DNA from: an uncultured Mariniphaga sp.
GTDB lineage: Bacteria > Bacteroidota > Bacteroidia > Bacteroidales > Prolixibacteraceae
Direction: 5' to 3'
DNA length: 64,000 bases
NCBI GenBank assembly: GCA_964540165.1
Contig: CAZILU010000002.1
Location: 1,790 to 65,789 of the forward strand
Shown: positions 39,067 to 49,543 of the stretch, one piece after another
Layout of the letters: each line of letters begins with the position of its first letter
How positions within the stretch are numbered: the stretch's first letter is position 1
Notes under the pieces: model-generated
Database searches by the model: none
What the model was told of the DNA's origin: nothing
Seen by the model: only the letters and a program-made list of their open reading frames with translations
Made by a program: the position numbers and the translations under genes

Positions 39067-40731
39067 TCAGGTGTACAAGAAGCGTTTGATCTTTTTGGTG
39101 GGTGTTTTTTCGAACGGTGTTGGCTGGAAGATAATGGCCTGCAACCGGGAGAATTTGTTCAGCTCGGCATTTACTTTCTGATGGATCTCTTTCAGTATGT
39201 CATCGGTTTTATCGTTGATATACTGATGGGCTCCTGCCTTCAGCGATTTGAAATGCTCTTCAATCTCCTCCATATTCAGGTGCACCATGGCTACCAGCTT
39301 TCCTTTCTTTTCAACTACCAGCGATTCAAGTACGAAGCGCATTTTGTTGATCACCGATTCAATCTCTTCGGGATAGATATTTTCACCGCTGGCTCCTACG
39401 ATCATCGTCTTTATTCTCCCTTTGATGTAAAGGAAGTTATCTTTATCGAACCAACCTTTGTCGCCGGTTCTGAACCAGCCATCTTCGGTAAACACCCCGC
39501 GGGTTAGCTCCGGCGCTTTGTAGTACCCCTTCATCACATTGGGGCCCATGACCTGAATTTCGCCTTCACCGGTTTTCAGATCGGCATCTCCCAGGCGGAG
39601 TTTAACCCCTTCCATGGCCATACCGGTTGAACCGATCCGTACATTTTTGCCAACAGCTCCCGCTAATAGCGGCGAAGTTTCGGTCAAGCCGTAGCCAATG
39701 GCATAAGGAAATTTGCCCTCTTTCAGGAAGCGTTCCACGGTCGGGTCAAGTTTAGCGCCACCAATACCAAAAAACCGCAACGATCCACCGAAGGTTTCGT
39801 ATAATTTCTTGGCTGCGATGCGGTTCAGAAGCCTGCGTGTGGGAGCGAAAGCATATAGCGCCCGTGTGACGGGACTTTTCTGAAACTTGGGGTATATTTT
39901 CGCTCTGAATATCTTCTCAATAATCAGCGGAACGACCAGCATAATGGTGGGCTTCACTGTTTTTAGCGCGGGTAACAGCACCGATGCTACCGGCGGTTTG
40001 CGAAGATAGTGCACCGAAGCGCCATACCGTATGGGCAGCAGAAAGCTGATGGTATTTTCAAAGGTGTGCGACAGAGGCAAAACCGACAGGAACCGGTCGG
40101 TTGGAAGAATATCCTGCAGCGTGTAACACTTCTCAGCCGTCCAGGTGAGGTTCTTATGGGTGAGCATCACCCCTTTGGAGCTGCCGGTGGTTCCCGATGT
40201 GTAGATGATCGAAGCCAGATCCTCCTCTTCAGCTTTTTCGGGGTGGATGGTCGGTTTTAAACGGTTCATCTGGCTCTCCAGCCGGCTGAGGTCTTCGGCC
40301 GGAGTCCCCGGAGGGACGAGTGCAAAATGATCGATTAAAATGATCTGATCCAACAAGGCGGTGATCTCCGGCGTGAGCTTGTTGTATAATCCTTCCGAGA
40401 TGAACATCACCCGGGCTTCCGAATGCTCCAGGATGGTTTTAATCTCATTGGGATGAAAGTCGGGCAATATGGGAACAGCGATGCCTCCGGCCCAAAATAT
40501 CGAAAAGAAAGCAACACCCCAGTTGGGCATGTTGGTGCTTAATATAGCTACTTTATCGCCGCGCCGAACGCCTTGCTCCCGAAGCAGAGTCGCTAACCGG
40601 GATACATCGTCTCCCAATTGACGGTATGTATAGTTTTTCTCCCCTACAAAAATAAGGGAGTTGTTCTCAGCGAAATTATTTACAGACTCCTGCAACATGG
40701 CAGGAATGGTGTATGTCGTCTTTTTTGTCAT
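39067..40731 (-). CDS. Long-chain fatty acid-CoA ligase (AMP-binding)
   Basis: YTSGTTGSSKG, GYGLTE, FRTGD, GENIYPEEIE. Confidence 0.93.
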   Translation of the reverse strand: MTKKTTYTIPAMLQESVNNFAENNSLIFVGEKNYTYRQLGDDVSRLATLLREQGVRRGDKVAILSTNMPNWGVAFFSIFWAGGIAVPILPDFHPNEIKTILEHSEARVMFISEGLYNKLTPEITALLDQIILIDHFALVPPGTPAEDLSRLESQMNRLKPTIHPEKAEEEDLASIIYTSGTTGSSKGVMLTHKNLTWTAEKCYTLQDILPTDRFLSVLPLSHTFENTISFLLPIRYGASVHYLRKPPVASVLLPALKTVKPTIMLVVPLIIEKIFRAKIYPKFQKSPVTRALYAFAPTRRLLNRIAAKKLYETFGGSLRFFGIGGAKLDPTVERFLKEGKFPYAIGYGLTETSPLLAGAVGKNVRIGSTGMAMEGVKLRLGDADLKTGEGEIQVMGPNVMKGYYKAPELTRGVFTEDGWFRTGDKGWFDKDNFLYIKGRIKTMIVGASGENIYPEEIESVINKMRFVLESLVVEKKGKLVAMVHLNMEEIEEHFKSLKAGAHQYINDKTDDILKEIHQKVNAELNKFSRLQAIIFQPTPFEKTPTKKIKRFLYT

Positions 40732-41000
40732 ATATTCAAAGATTCAATCCATGCTCTGTTTACGAGCCGGACTGTAAAAATAGTAATAATTACAAACGCA
40801 TGATTTTTTTGCAGCCGTTTTAAACTATTTTTAACATCTTGAAGCCATGGTATATAACAATTCCTTAATGATGGCTTTCAGGAAATTAGCTATGCTTGCG
40901 GGAACGTCGGGCAATCCCTGGCCCGTGCGTATGGTCCCGGTCATAGTTCTGTTAAGAATCGAATGGCCAGTCAGGCCAGGAGCTTGCAGCTGTATGGAAA

Positions 41001-42278
41001 TTAATCCTGATCCAGGAAGATCGTCTGGGTGCGGTTAGGGCCTACCGAGGCGATGGTAACCGGAATTCCGATCTCGTCTTCGATAAAGCTGATGTAGTTA
41101 TTCAGCTCTTCCGGAAATTCATTCTGGCTTTCGATCTTTGTCAGGTTGGTCTCCCAGCCGGGCAGATCTACGTAAACCGGTTTCACGTTGTCGGTAATCT
41201 CAAACGGAAAGTGCTCCACCACCTCGCCATCGATTTCGTACCCAACACACACTTTGATGGTATTGAAATCATCCAATACATCGGCTTTCATCATGATCAG
41301 CTCGGTAACGCCATTGAGCATCACTGCATACCGCAACGCAACCAGGTCGAGCCATCCGCAGCGGCGGGGTCTTCCGGTGGTTGAGCCGTACTCATGGCCG
41401 GCATCCCGCAGTTTGTTGCCGGTTTCATCGTGCAACTCGGTTGGGAAAGGCCCCATGCCTACCCGGGTACAGTATGCTTTAAAAATCCCGTAAACCCGGC
41501 CAATCTTTTGTGGTGCCAGGCCAAGTCCGGTGCATGCCCCTGCACAAATGGTATTAGAGCTGGTAACAAAGGGGTATGATCCAAAATCGATGTCGAGCAG
41601 CGTTCCCTGGGCTCCCTCTGCCAATACCGATTTCCCTTTTTTCAGCAGGTCGTTGACAAAATGTTCGGTGTCAACCATCTGAAATGATTTTAATACTTCC
41701 ACGCCTTCAAACCACTCCGCTTCACTCTCCTGCAGGATTTGGTCGTAATCGTAATGAAAATACTCATTCAGCAGGCTTTTGTGATTGTCGATCCGCTCCC
41801 GGTAACGGTTGTTAAAATCGAGCAGAAGATCACCAACCCGCAATCCCTCCCTGCCAATCTTATCTTTGTAAGTTGGACCGATACCTTTTAACGTGGAGCC
41901 GATTTTGGTGTCTCCCTTTTTCTGCTCCGAAGCAGCATCCAGAATCCGGTGGGTTGGTAAAATAATGTGGGCTTTTTTGGATATGTAGAGATTCTTACTC
42001 AGCTCAACCCCGATCTTTTTCAATCCGTCAATCTCTTTTTTAAAGGTGACCGGATCGATCACAACGCCGTTTCCGATGATGTTGATCTTGTTTTCACGAA
42101 ATATGCCAGACGGGATGGTGTGCAGAACCTGCTTTATGTTGTTGAATTCCAGCGTGTGACCTGCATTGGGTCCGCCCTGGAACCTGGCAATGACATCATA
42201 CCCGGGAGTTAATACATCCACAATTTTCCCTTTCCCTTCATCGCCCCATTGCAGGCCTAACAGTACATCAGCTTTCAT
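41001..42278 (-). CDS. purA: Adenylosuccinate synthetase
   Basis: GLQWGDEGKGK, GGPNAGHT, EGAQG, TTGRPRRCGWLD. Confidence 0.99.
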   Translation of the reverse strand: MKADVLLGLQWGDEGKGKIVDVLTPGYDVIARFQGGPNAGHTLEFNNIKQVLHTIPSGIFRENKINIIGNGVVIDPVTFKKEIDGLKKIGVELSKNLYISKKAHIILPTHRILDAASEQKKGDTKIGSTLKGIGPTYKDKIGREGLRVGDLLLDFNNRYRERIDNHKSLLNEYFHYDYDQILQESEAEWFEGVEVLKSFQMVDTEHFVNDLLKKGKSVLAEGAQGTLLDIDFGSYPFVTSSNTICAGACTGLGLAPQKIGRVYGIFKAYCTRVGMGPFPTELHDETGNKLRDAGHEYGSTTGRPRRCGWLDLVALRYAVMLNGVTELIMMKADVLDDFNTIKVCVGYEIDGEVVEHFPFEITDNVKPVYVDLPGWETNLTKIESQNEFPEELNNYISFIEDEIGIPVTIASVGPNRTQTIFLDQD

Positions 42279-42516
42279 TCGTCTCAATTTTTATTTTTTT
42301 GTCTTCTCTCTTTCTCTTTTTATCTGTCTTTTGGCAAGAGATTCAATAACTACAAACGGTTTATTCAGCACCAAAAAAAACCATGAAAAAATTTTCTGTT
42401 GGAAATTGTTTCACGGCAATGAAATAAGGCGTTTAAAAATACAAATTATTTTTTTGTTGTCGGACAACTATTTGAGAATAGACCGATGATTTTATGAAAT
42501 AATAATATGAGGCGTT

Positions 42517-42960
42517 CTAACTCTTTTTGATGGCCTGGCCATAAATGTACAGGGTGTGGTGTGATAATTTGAAATTGTATTTGAGACAAACCTCCTCAAT
42601 GATCTCGCGGATCCGTGGATTGTAGAACTCCGTTACATCACCATTTTGGGTGTCGATCAGGTGGTCGTGTTGCATGCGGGCAAAGGCCTTTTCAAACTGT
42701 GCGATGTTCTTGCCAAACTGGTGCTTTACCACCAGTTTGCACTCCAGGAGGAGATCAATGGTGTTGTATAGCGTGGCACGACTCACCCGGTATTTCTTGT
42801 TTTTCATGGAGATATACAGCGATTCCACATCGAAATGGCCGTCGCGGGAATAGATCTCATCCAAAATAGCAAACCGCTCAGGTGTTTTGCGATGCCCGTT
42901 CTTCTCCAGATATTCGGCAAACATATTCCGAACCGTCTCTCTCGTCTTTTGGTTATTCAT
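42517..42960 (-). CDS. fur: Fur family transcriptional regulator
   Basis: [25 protein letters not shown]; TATTTTTG -7 box at 42986-42993. Confidence 0.9.
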   Translation of the reverse strand: MNNQKTRETVRNMFAEYLEKNGHRKTPERFAILDEIYSRDGHFDVESLYISMKNKKYRVSRATLYNTIDLLLECKLVVKHQFGKNIAQFEKAFARMQHDHLIDTQNGDVTEFYNPRIREIIEEVCLKYNFKLSHHTLYIYGQAIKKS

Positions 42961-43028
42961 ATTTAAACCAATTATAAATAAGCCTCAAAAATAGAAATTA
43001 TTTCGGTATTATTCAGACGTAATAAAAA

Positions 43029-45260
43029 TTAATCATTGAGGTTTTCATCTCTTGAGACGAGCTCTATTCCTTTGATCTTTTCCAGTTTTGAGATGAGATG
43101 GTGGAGGTCATCGGCATTATGGATGTATAGAAAGAGGTCGCCTTCGAAGATTCCCTCGTGGGTGTCGAATTTTACCGAGCGCATATTGATGCTGTGTTGT
43201 TTGGAGATTACGTTGGTCACTTCGTTGACGATTCCAAGCCGGTCAAATCCCTCTAAACGCAACCGGGTAAGGTATGACTGCTTTTTAAACCGGGTCCATT
43301 CAGCGGTGATGATCCGGTCGCCATGGCTTGACAGGAATTTTTCGACCTCGCGGCATCCTGTTTTATGAATGATCACATGGTCGTCGGTTGAGAGGTACCC
43401 GATCACTTTATCTCCGGGGATGGGATTGCAGCATTTGGCCATTGAGAAGGTGACATTATCCTGTGCCTCTTTTAGGATAAAGGGTTTCTTTTTATCGATT
43501 TTCTGATGGGGTGCATCGGTATCGGATTCCGGTTGACCATTCTCCTCCTTTTTTTTCTTGCTAAAGGTGATGTTCCAGTATTTGACCAGTTTATTGGGTG
43601 ATTTTTTTCCAAGGATCTCATCCAGGTTAGACAGTTCCAAAAATCCCATTCCCACCTCTGAGTAGAGTTGGTTTTTGTTGTTCAGGTTAAAATGGGCAAT
43701 GATCTTTTTCAGATTATTGGAAGTGATGGGTGCTTTAACCGTTTTCAGTGCCTCTTCAACCATCTCTTTGCCTTTTTCGACGTGTTTCTGTTTTTCCAGT
43801 TTGAAGGCATCTTTGATTTTGGAGCGTGCTTTGGCGGTGGTTGCAAACTTCAGCCACTCTAATTTGGGCACCTGTTTTTCGGAAGTGAGGATTTCGATTT
43901 GATCACCGTTCTCAAGTATGTGGCTGATGGGCACCAGTTTGAAATTTATTTTGGCTCCGATGCATTTATTGCCCAGGTCGGTATGAATTTCGTATGCAAA
44001 GTCGATGACGCTGGATCCCTGAGGAAGGGAGACCATATCTCCTTTTGGGGTAAAGAGGTTGATCTCTGCAGCGTAGAGATTGAGTTTGAAGTCGTCAAAA
44101 AACTCAAATGCGTCGGCTCCCGGTGCCCGGAGATGCTCCCTGATGCGTTCAATCCAGGTTTCGAGTTCATTTTCGAATGTGCTGATGTCTTTGTACCGGT
44201 AGTGAGCAGCGAATCCATGTTCAGCGATTTCATCCATTCGCTCGGTACGGATCTGTACCTCCACCCACTTGCCTTGTGGCCCCATAACCGTTACATGCAG
44301 TGATTCGTAGCCATTGGCCTTGGGCATGGTGATCCAGTCGCGGATCCGGTCGGGACGGGGTTTGTAGATGTCGGTTACCAGTGAAAGCACATCGAAACAC
44401 TGCCGCTTTTCCGAGATATTGAATTTAGGCTTGATAACAATGCGTACCGCCAGGATGTCGTATATCTCGTTGAAGGTGATCCCCTTTTTTTGCATCTTTT
44501 GCCAGATGGAGTAAGATGATTTCAGGCGGTTGGTCACCGTGCTTTCAATCTGCTCCTCTTTCAGCTTCTCTTTGATTGGCCGGATAAATTCATTCACCAG
44601 ATAGTTTCGTTTCTCCTCCTGGTTATGAAGCATGTAGATGATTTTTTTGTACTCTTCGGGGTGTTTGTGCTTGAAGCTGAGCTCTTCTAATTCACTTTTA
44701 ATGGCATATAGCCCCAGTCGGTGGGCCAGCGGGACATAGAGGAAAAGTGTCTCACCGGCAATTTTAATTTTTTTGTTGGGTGGCATAGAGTCTAAGGTCT
44801 GCATGTTATGCAGCCGGTCGGCAATTTTGATCAGGATGACCCGGACGTCATCCGAGAGGGTCATGAGCATCTTTTTGAGGGTGAGAACCTGACGTGAGTC
44901 GAAGTCGCCGGAGAGCTTGGTCAGCCCGTCAACAATGCGAGCCACCTTGCCTCCAAACATGTTTTCGATGTCGGTAATGGAGTACTCCGTGTCTTCCACC
45001 ACATCGTGAAGAATGGCGGCGCATATCGTTGTTGCTCCCAGTCCCATATCCTTGGCGACGATGCGTGCAACAGCAATGGGATGGATGATATAGGGCTCGC
45101 CCGATTTTCTCTTGATGCCATCGTGTGCAGCATTGGCAAAGCGAAATGCCTTTTCTATCCGGGCCAGCCGCTCCTCATCAAATTTTTCCTGAATAACCTT
45201 CAGGAAATCCTGGTAGCGGTCTTCGATTTGTCGTATTTCGGCTTTGTTGAAATGCTGCAA
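43029..45260 (-). CDS. spoT: Bifunctional (p)ppGpp synthetase/hydrolase (long RSH)
   Basis: RKSGEPYIIHP, HDVVED, DRLHN, GYESLH, EVQIRT, TGS/ZFD/ACT domains; TTG start. Confidence 0.96.
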   Translation of the reverse strand: MQHFNKAEIRQIEDRYQDFLKVIQEKFDEERLARIEKAFRFANAAHDGIKRKSGEPYIIHPIAVARIVAKDMGLGATTICAAILHDVVEDTEYSITDIENMFGGKVARIVDGLTKLSGDFDSRQVLTLKKMLMTLSDDVRVILIKIADRLHNMQTLDSMPPNKKIKIAGETLFLYVPLAHRLGLYAIKSELEELSFKHKHPEEYKKIIYMLHNQEEKRNYLVNEFIRPIKEKLKEEQIESTVTNRLKSSYSIWQKMQKKGITFNEIYDILAVRIVIKPKFNISEKRQCFDVLSLVTDIYKPRPDRIRDWITMPKANGYESLHVTVMGPQGKWVEVQIRTERMDEIAEHGFAAHYRYKDISTFENELETWIERIREHLRAPGADAFEFFDDFKLNLYAAEINLFTPKGDMVSLPQGSSVIDFAYEIHTDLGNKCIGAKINFKLVPISHILENGDQIEILTSEKQVPKLEWLKFATTAKARSKIKDAFKLEKQKHVEKGKEMVEEALKTVKAPITSNNLKKIIAHFNLNNKNQLYSEVGMGFLELSNLDEILGKKSPNKLVKYWNITFSKKKKEENGQPESDTDAPHQKIDKKKPFILKEAQDNVTFSMAKCCNPIPGDKVIGYLSTDDHVIIHKTGCREVEKFLSSHGDRIITAEWTRFKKQSYLTRLRLEGFDRLGIVNEVTNVISKQHSINMRSVKFDTHEGIFEGDLFLYIHNADDLHHLISKLEKIKGIELVSRDENLND

Positions 45261-45381
45261 GTGACTCTATATTAAATTAATGTATTTTTATCTCTCTTCA
45301 GGAAATTCTTTCTCAAAGTTTTAAAAAAAACAGCAATTATTACCTGTTTCCGGGCAAAAAAGTGATCTTGTTAATACAGGA

Positions 45382-45969
45382 TTAATCTTGATTTTCAGTA
45401 GCAAACAGTTCGCGTTCCACCTGCTCGCAGATGAGATGTCCCAACATCAGGTGGACCTCCTGGATGCGTGGCACATCAGCGGAGGGCACCCGGATGCAAT
45501 GGCTGGCAAGTCCGGCTAATACGCCACCACCCGATCCGGTAAGTGCCACGGTGATCAATCCCATCTCGTTGGCTTTTATAAACGCTTCGATGATATTTTT
45601 TGAGGTTCCGGAGGTTGACAATCCAAACAGCAGGTCTCCTTTTTTACAAAATCCCTCGATGTAGCGGGCATAAACGCGGGTGAAGTCGTAGTCGTTGGAG
45701 ATGGCTGTCACAAAGGAGGGATTGACGTGACAGGCCTCGGCTGGTATGGGTTTCCGATCGATTTTAAATTTACCGGAGAGCTCCGCGGCGAGGTGCTGGG
45801 CTTCGGCGGCACTGCCTCCGTTGCCGCAAAATACCGTTTTGTGTCCGGAACGGTAAACGGTGATCATGGCCTGTGCAATCTGATCCACCGTCTGCATCAG
45901 TTGTTCATCTTTTGCCATCTCTGATAACAGGCGGGCAAATTCAACGATCTGTTCTCTTTTTTCAATCAT
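45382..45969 (-). CDS. gmhA: D-sedoheptulose-7-phosphate isomerase (SIS domain)
   Basis: CGNGGSAAEAQH, SNDY, STSG, RIQEVH. Confidence 0.92.
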   Translation of the reverse strand: MIEKREQIVEFARLLSEMAKDEQLMQTVDQIAQAMITVYRSGHKTVFCGNGGSAAEAQHLAAELSGKFKIDRKPIPAEACHVNPSFVTAISNDYDFTRVYARYIEGFCKKGDLLFGLSTSGTSKNIIEAFIKANEMGLITVALTGSGGGVLAGLASHCIRVPSADVPRIQEVHLMLGHLICEQVERELFATENQD

Positions 45970-47101
45970 GTTTCAGTTCATTATCGAGGTGATAGATCGT
46001 TTTTGTCATATTTTCCCATGAGAATCGTTTTTTCTCTTCAATGACATTTTGGGTGAAGGTCTTCATCCGGTCCTGTTTGAAAAAGTCAATCAGGGCATCC
46101 CGGATGGCAGCAGCATTTGGTTGAACCACATAACCGGCGATCATATGCGGGATAATTTCCGACAATCCTCCTACATCGGTTACCAGCATCGGTTTGTGAA
46201 AGTGATATCCGATTTGGGTAACACCGCTTTGGGTGGCCGATTTATAGGGTTGTGCGACCAGATCGCAGGCGTTAAAGTAGTTTTCTACCTCGCAATTGCG
46301 GATGTAGTCGGTTTTCAGAACGATCTGGTCACCGATGCCCAGACTCTCTATCTGGTCCATATAGGCAGCCTCATCAGCGTAGAACTCACCGGCCACGATT
46401 AACCTGATGTTGTTCTCCCTGAAGAAGTTGTCGGCAAACGCTTCCAACAGCAGATCCAGTCCTTTATAATCGCGTACAAATCCGAAAAATAGGATATACC
46501 GGTAATGGTTATCCAGTTCCAGTTTTTTCAGTGCGATCTCCCGGGGTTCGATGGTGCCGTAGTGGTCGTATATGGGGTGGGGTGTGTAGGCTCTGGGTTT
46601 TTTCGTGTCGAACAGGGACAGATCGTGCAGTACCCGTTTCGACATGGCAATGAATCCATCGGCTTTCAGCACAAAATAGCGGCTGAGCATCCGGTCTCCC
46701 GGCCTCTTTTCATGTGGGATGACATTATCAAAAATGGCAATGATGCGGGTGTGATTATTTTTTTTAACCAAGCGGCAAACAGTCCCCAGAGCGGGTGCCA
46801 GAAAGGGGATCCAGAACCTGACAATCAACAGGTCGGGTCGATTATCCCGGATTCGCTTTCCGGTTTTTACCCAACTGAAGGGATTGACCGAGTTGAGCTC
46901 TTGCGTGATGGGGAAGGTGAATTCCGCCGGTTCGGTAGTCATTTGGGTCTTCCCCGGAAACAGGATCGAAGGGTATTGCAAGGTGAATGATACAACATTC
47001 ACCTGGTGCCCTTCATGCACTAATTGCTCTGCCAGGCGCTCGTTCAGGGCAGCAATGCCCCCCCTGTACGGATGTGCCGGTCCCAGAATGGTTATCTTCA
47101 T
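45962..47101 (-). CDS. Glycosyltransferase, GT4 family
   Basis: GPAHPYRGGI, FFGFVRDYKGLD, ATQSGV, TDVGGL. Confidence 0.92.
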   Translation of the reverse strand: MKITILGPAHPYRGGIAALNERLAEQLVHEGHQVNVVSFTLQYPSILFPGKTQMTTEPAEFTFPITQELNSVNPFSWVKTGKRIRDNRPDLLIVRFWIPFLAPALGTVCRLVKKNNHTRIIAIFDNVIPHEKRPGDRMLSRYFVLKADGFIAMSKRVLHDLSLFDTKKPRAYTPHPIYDHYGTIEPREIALKKLELDNHYRYILFFGFVRDYKGLDLLLEAFADNFFRENNIRLIVAGEFYADEAAYMDQIESLGIGDQIVLKTDYIRNCEVENYFNACDLVAQPYKSATQSGVTQIGYHFHKPMLVTDVGGLSEIIPHMIAGYVVQPNAAAIRDALIDFFKQDRMKTFTQNVIEEKKRFSWENMTKTIYHLDNELKHD

Positions 47102-47556
47102 GAAAATCTATTTTTTAGTTCCTCTGCCACAAATTTATCAATCGGGAATGATAAATCATCTCTTTTCAATGTTTTTAATTTTACCCACCGGAAACTTTGA
47201 CTTCCATTCTCCATGTTCTCAAAGGCGAAAGGCTTGCCGGCAATCGTGAACCGTAACGGTTTTTGAAGATCGGTCAGGTAATAGATGCTGATCAGCTGAT
47301 GATTGTCGAAAAAGAGCGCTTTTTGGTAAAAGTCGGTGGTGTAAAAGTGACGAATGTTTTCGATCTCCTGACCGTTGCACTCCTCCCGGAACTCGCGCCG
47401 AAGTCCGTCAATGGTTCCCTCTCCAAACTGCAGTCCGCCGCCAGGAAATTTCGTCATCTTCATTCCCATCTGATATTCATCGGAAAGGAGAACCTCCCGG
47501 TTGTCGTTGATGACAATTCCGTAAACGCGGATCGTAAAGGTGCCTGGTTGTGTCAT
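47098..47556 (-). CDS. NUDIX hydrolase
   Basis: GGGLQFGEGTIDGLRREFREE Nudix box. Confidence 0.92.
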   Translation of the reverse strand: MTQPGTFTIRVYGIVINDNREVLLSDEYQMGMKMTKFPGGGLQFGEGTIDGLRREFREECNGQEIENIRHFYTTDFYQKALFFDNHQLISIYYLTDLQKPLRFTIAGKPFAFENMENGSQSFRWVKLKTLKRDDLSFPIDKFVAEELKNRFS

Positions 47557-48455
47557 GTTGATTGATTAAAGCAGTATTTGACAATTTTTTCTATTTCGTG
47601 TGGTTGAAACCATTTGACTTCCGGATCGTTTCTGAACCAGGTAAGTTGCTTGCGGGCATACCTTCGGGAATTGCGCCTGATCAGTTCGATCGCTTTGTCG
47701 CGGGTTATCGCACCGTTGAAAAAATCAAAAAACTCACGGTAGCCAACGGTGTTGAGGGCATTGAGTTTCCTGTATGGAAAGAACTGTCTGGCTTCAGCTT
47801 CCAATCCGGCTTCAACCATTCGGTCAACCCGGTTGTTTATGCGCTGATGAAGCTGATCCCGGTGACAGTCAAGCCCCACTTTGAAGATGGTGAAAGGCCT
47901 CTTCTTGTTGGGGTTAGAGCGGAACGAAGTGTATGGCTGTCCGGTCATCAAACAGATCTCCAGGGCATGAACAATCCGGACGGGATTTTTCAGGTCGACC
48001 TGATGATAGTAATCCGGATCTAACCGTTTCAGCTGGATCCGCAGGCTTTCAATACCTTCATTTTGAAGTTGTTCTTTCAATGACTTCCGCAATTCCGGAT
48101 CTACATCGGGCATCTGGTCGATCCCCTGACACACGGCATCAATGTATAGCATCGATCCGCCTGTTAGTACCAGCACATCATATGTCTGATAGAGCTTCTC
48201 CAGTAAACCCAAAGCTTCCGTTTCGTAACGGCTGGCATTATAGGTGTCAAATATTGAATGCGAGTGGATAAAGTGGTGCCTGACCTGCGACAGTTCATGG
48301 GGCGAAGGCACAGCAGTACCGATCGACAACTCGCGGTAAATTTGCCTTGAATCGGCCGAGACAATCTCTGTACCTAATTGGCGGGCTAACGCAATCGAAA
48401 CCTGCGTCTTTCCAATGGCTGTGGGGCCGGTGACTACAAATAGCTTTTTTTTCAT
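47553..48455 (-). CDS. miaA: tRNA dimethylallyltransferase
   Basis: GPTAIGKT, SADSRQ, TGGSMLY, YARKQLTWF. Confidence 0.98.
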   Translation of the reverse strand: MKKKLFVVTGPTAIGKTQVSIALARQLGTEIVSADSRQIYRELSIGTAVPSPHELSQVRHHFIHSHSIFDTYNASRYETEALGLLEKLYQTYDVLVLTGGSMLYIDAVCQGIDQMPDVDPELRKSLKEQLQNEGIESLRIQLKRLDPDYYHQVDLKNPVRIVHALEICLMTGQPYTSFRSNPNKKRPFTIFKVGLDCHRDQLHQRINNRVDRMVEAGLEAEARQFFPYRKLNALNTVGYREFFDFFNGAITRDKAIELIRRNSRRYARKQLTWFRNDPEVKWFQPHEIEKIVKYCFNQST

Positions 48456-48478
48456 ACGCGTTGAAGGAGCAAATTAAG

Positions 48479-48515
48479 TAAAAAAAAAAGACTGTCCGGT
48501 CATGGAACAGTCTTG
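48479..48515 (-). terminator. Intrinsic terminator downstream of the pRiA4b-like gene
   Basis: AAGACTGT stem pair followed by a long T-run on the minus strand. Confidence 0.65.
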
Positions 48516-48544
48516 AATGAATGTAAGTTTGAAATCAGGATCGA

Positions 48545-49060
48545 CTAAAAGTCCTCCATCTCACCGAAAAGCTCAGCGTAATCGTCTAAGATGCCAAAAT
48601 CCATTAAAACCTCTTCTTCCTGCAGATTTACGCGCTCTTTTCGGTTTTGGACCTCTCCCAAAACCTGTACCGGTGCGTCACCCTGTTTCAGGGTTACGAT
48701 CGGTTCTTCGAGATTTTTTTCCATAACAATTCCAGTTAATTCAATATAAAATGATCTGTCGTTAATAAAATCGTATGTGTATACGAGTTGTTGCGGTAAC
48801 GATTTAATTAAGTCAGATAGCTTGGTTTTATGCATAATGTAAAATGCGCCCCCATTAAAGCCCAGGTCTAACAGCGATATCTCCTTTAGCTTCATGCCAT
48901 TTGGACCGGGCAGAAAAAATGATGCCAGCTGATGCGATTCATACCCTGCACTTTTTTGGATGATGGTGTGGAGATCAAAAAAGGTATGATCACCTCCGGC
49001 TTCCACCTCAAGGTGAAAAGATTTTGATTCGGGTGAAATGATCTTGAAATGATAAATCAT
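48545..49060 (-). CDS. pRiA4b ORF-3 / TnpR-like family protein
   Basis: TFFDLHTIIQ, QLASFF, LVYTYDF..RSFYIEL pattern. Confidence 0.75.
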   Translation of the reverse strand: MIYHFKIISPESKSFHLEVEAGGDHTFFDLHTIIQKSAGYESHQLASFFLPGPNGMKLKEISLLDLGFNGGAFYIMHKTKLSDLIKSLPQQLVYTYDFINDRSFYIELTGIVMEKNLEEPIVTLKQGDAPVQVLGEVQNRKERVNLQEEEVLMDFGILDDYAELFGEMEDF

Positions 49061-49543
49061 AACGTAAAAATATGAATCTGATTAAACACCTGATCTAATT
49101 TGTACAATTAAACGTGCCTGATAACAGGTACCGGTGAGCGGATATCTTTTCCAGTCTTGCATATCATAAATCTGGTCGTTTCGATTTCAAAGTTATGGAG
49201 CTTTTTCATCAAAATGAAAGATAAAATTTAAAATAATCATAGAGAAAGTCGATTAAGGCATGGTTGATGATCCAGTTTGTGGTGGCTGATTTGATAATCA
49301 AAAATCTGATTCATAACAATTTTAAATGTTGAAAGGGGATTTTGAACGGGGGTAAATCAGGGCAGTATCTTCTGGTTTAAAAAATGTTAAAAATAATTAA
49401 TCCGGCATACTTATCGAACATATCCGTCGCCTGTTCACTAAAAAGGGGGGGATGATTTTTGATGATGGATTACTGGTTGTAACATTTGGTTCCTTTTATT
49501 TACCTATTGATTGGTTATATCCGAAAATTAAATTTCAAAGCGG

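Noticed and set aside
48545-49060. Plasmid or IS element implied by the pRiA4b ORF-3/TnpR family name
   Set aside because: No transposase, inverted repeats or target duplication; it lies in a housekeeping context beside miaA.
49061-49543. Possible ncRNA or small gene in the 480-bp AT-rich gap
   Set aside because: No stable hairpin, riboswitch-like motif or credible ORF recognised; consistent with divergent promoters.
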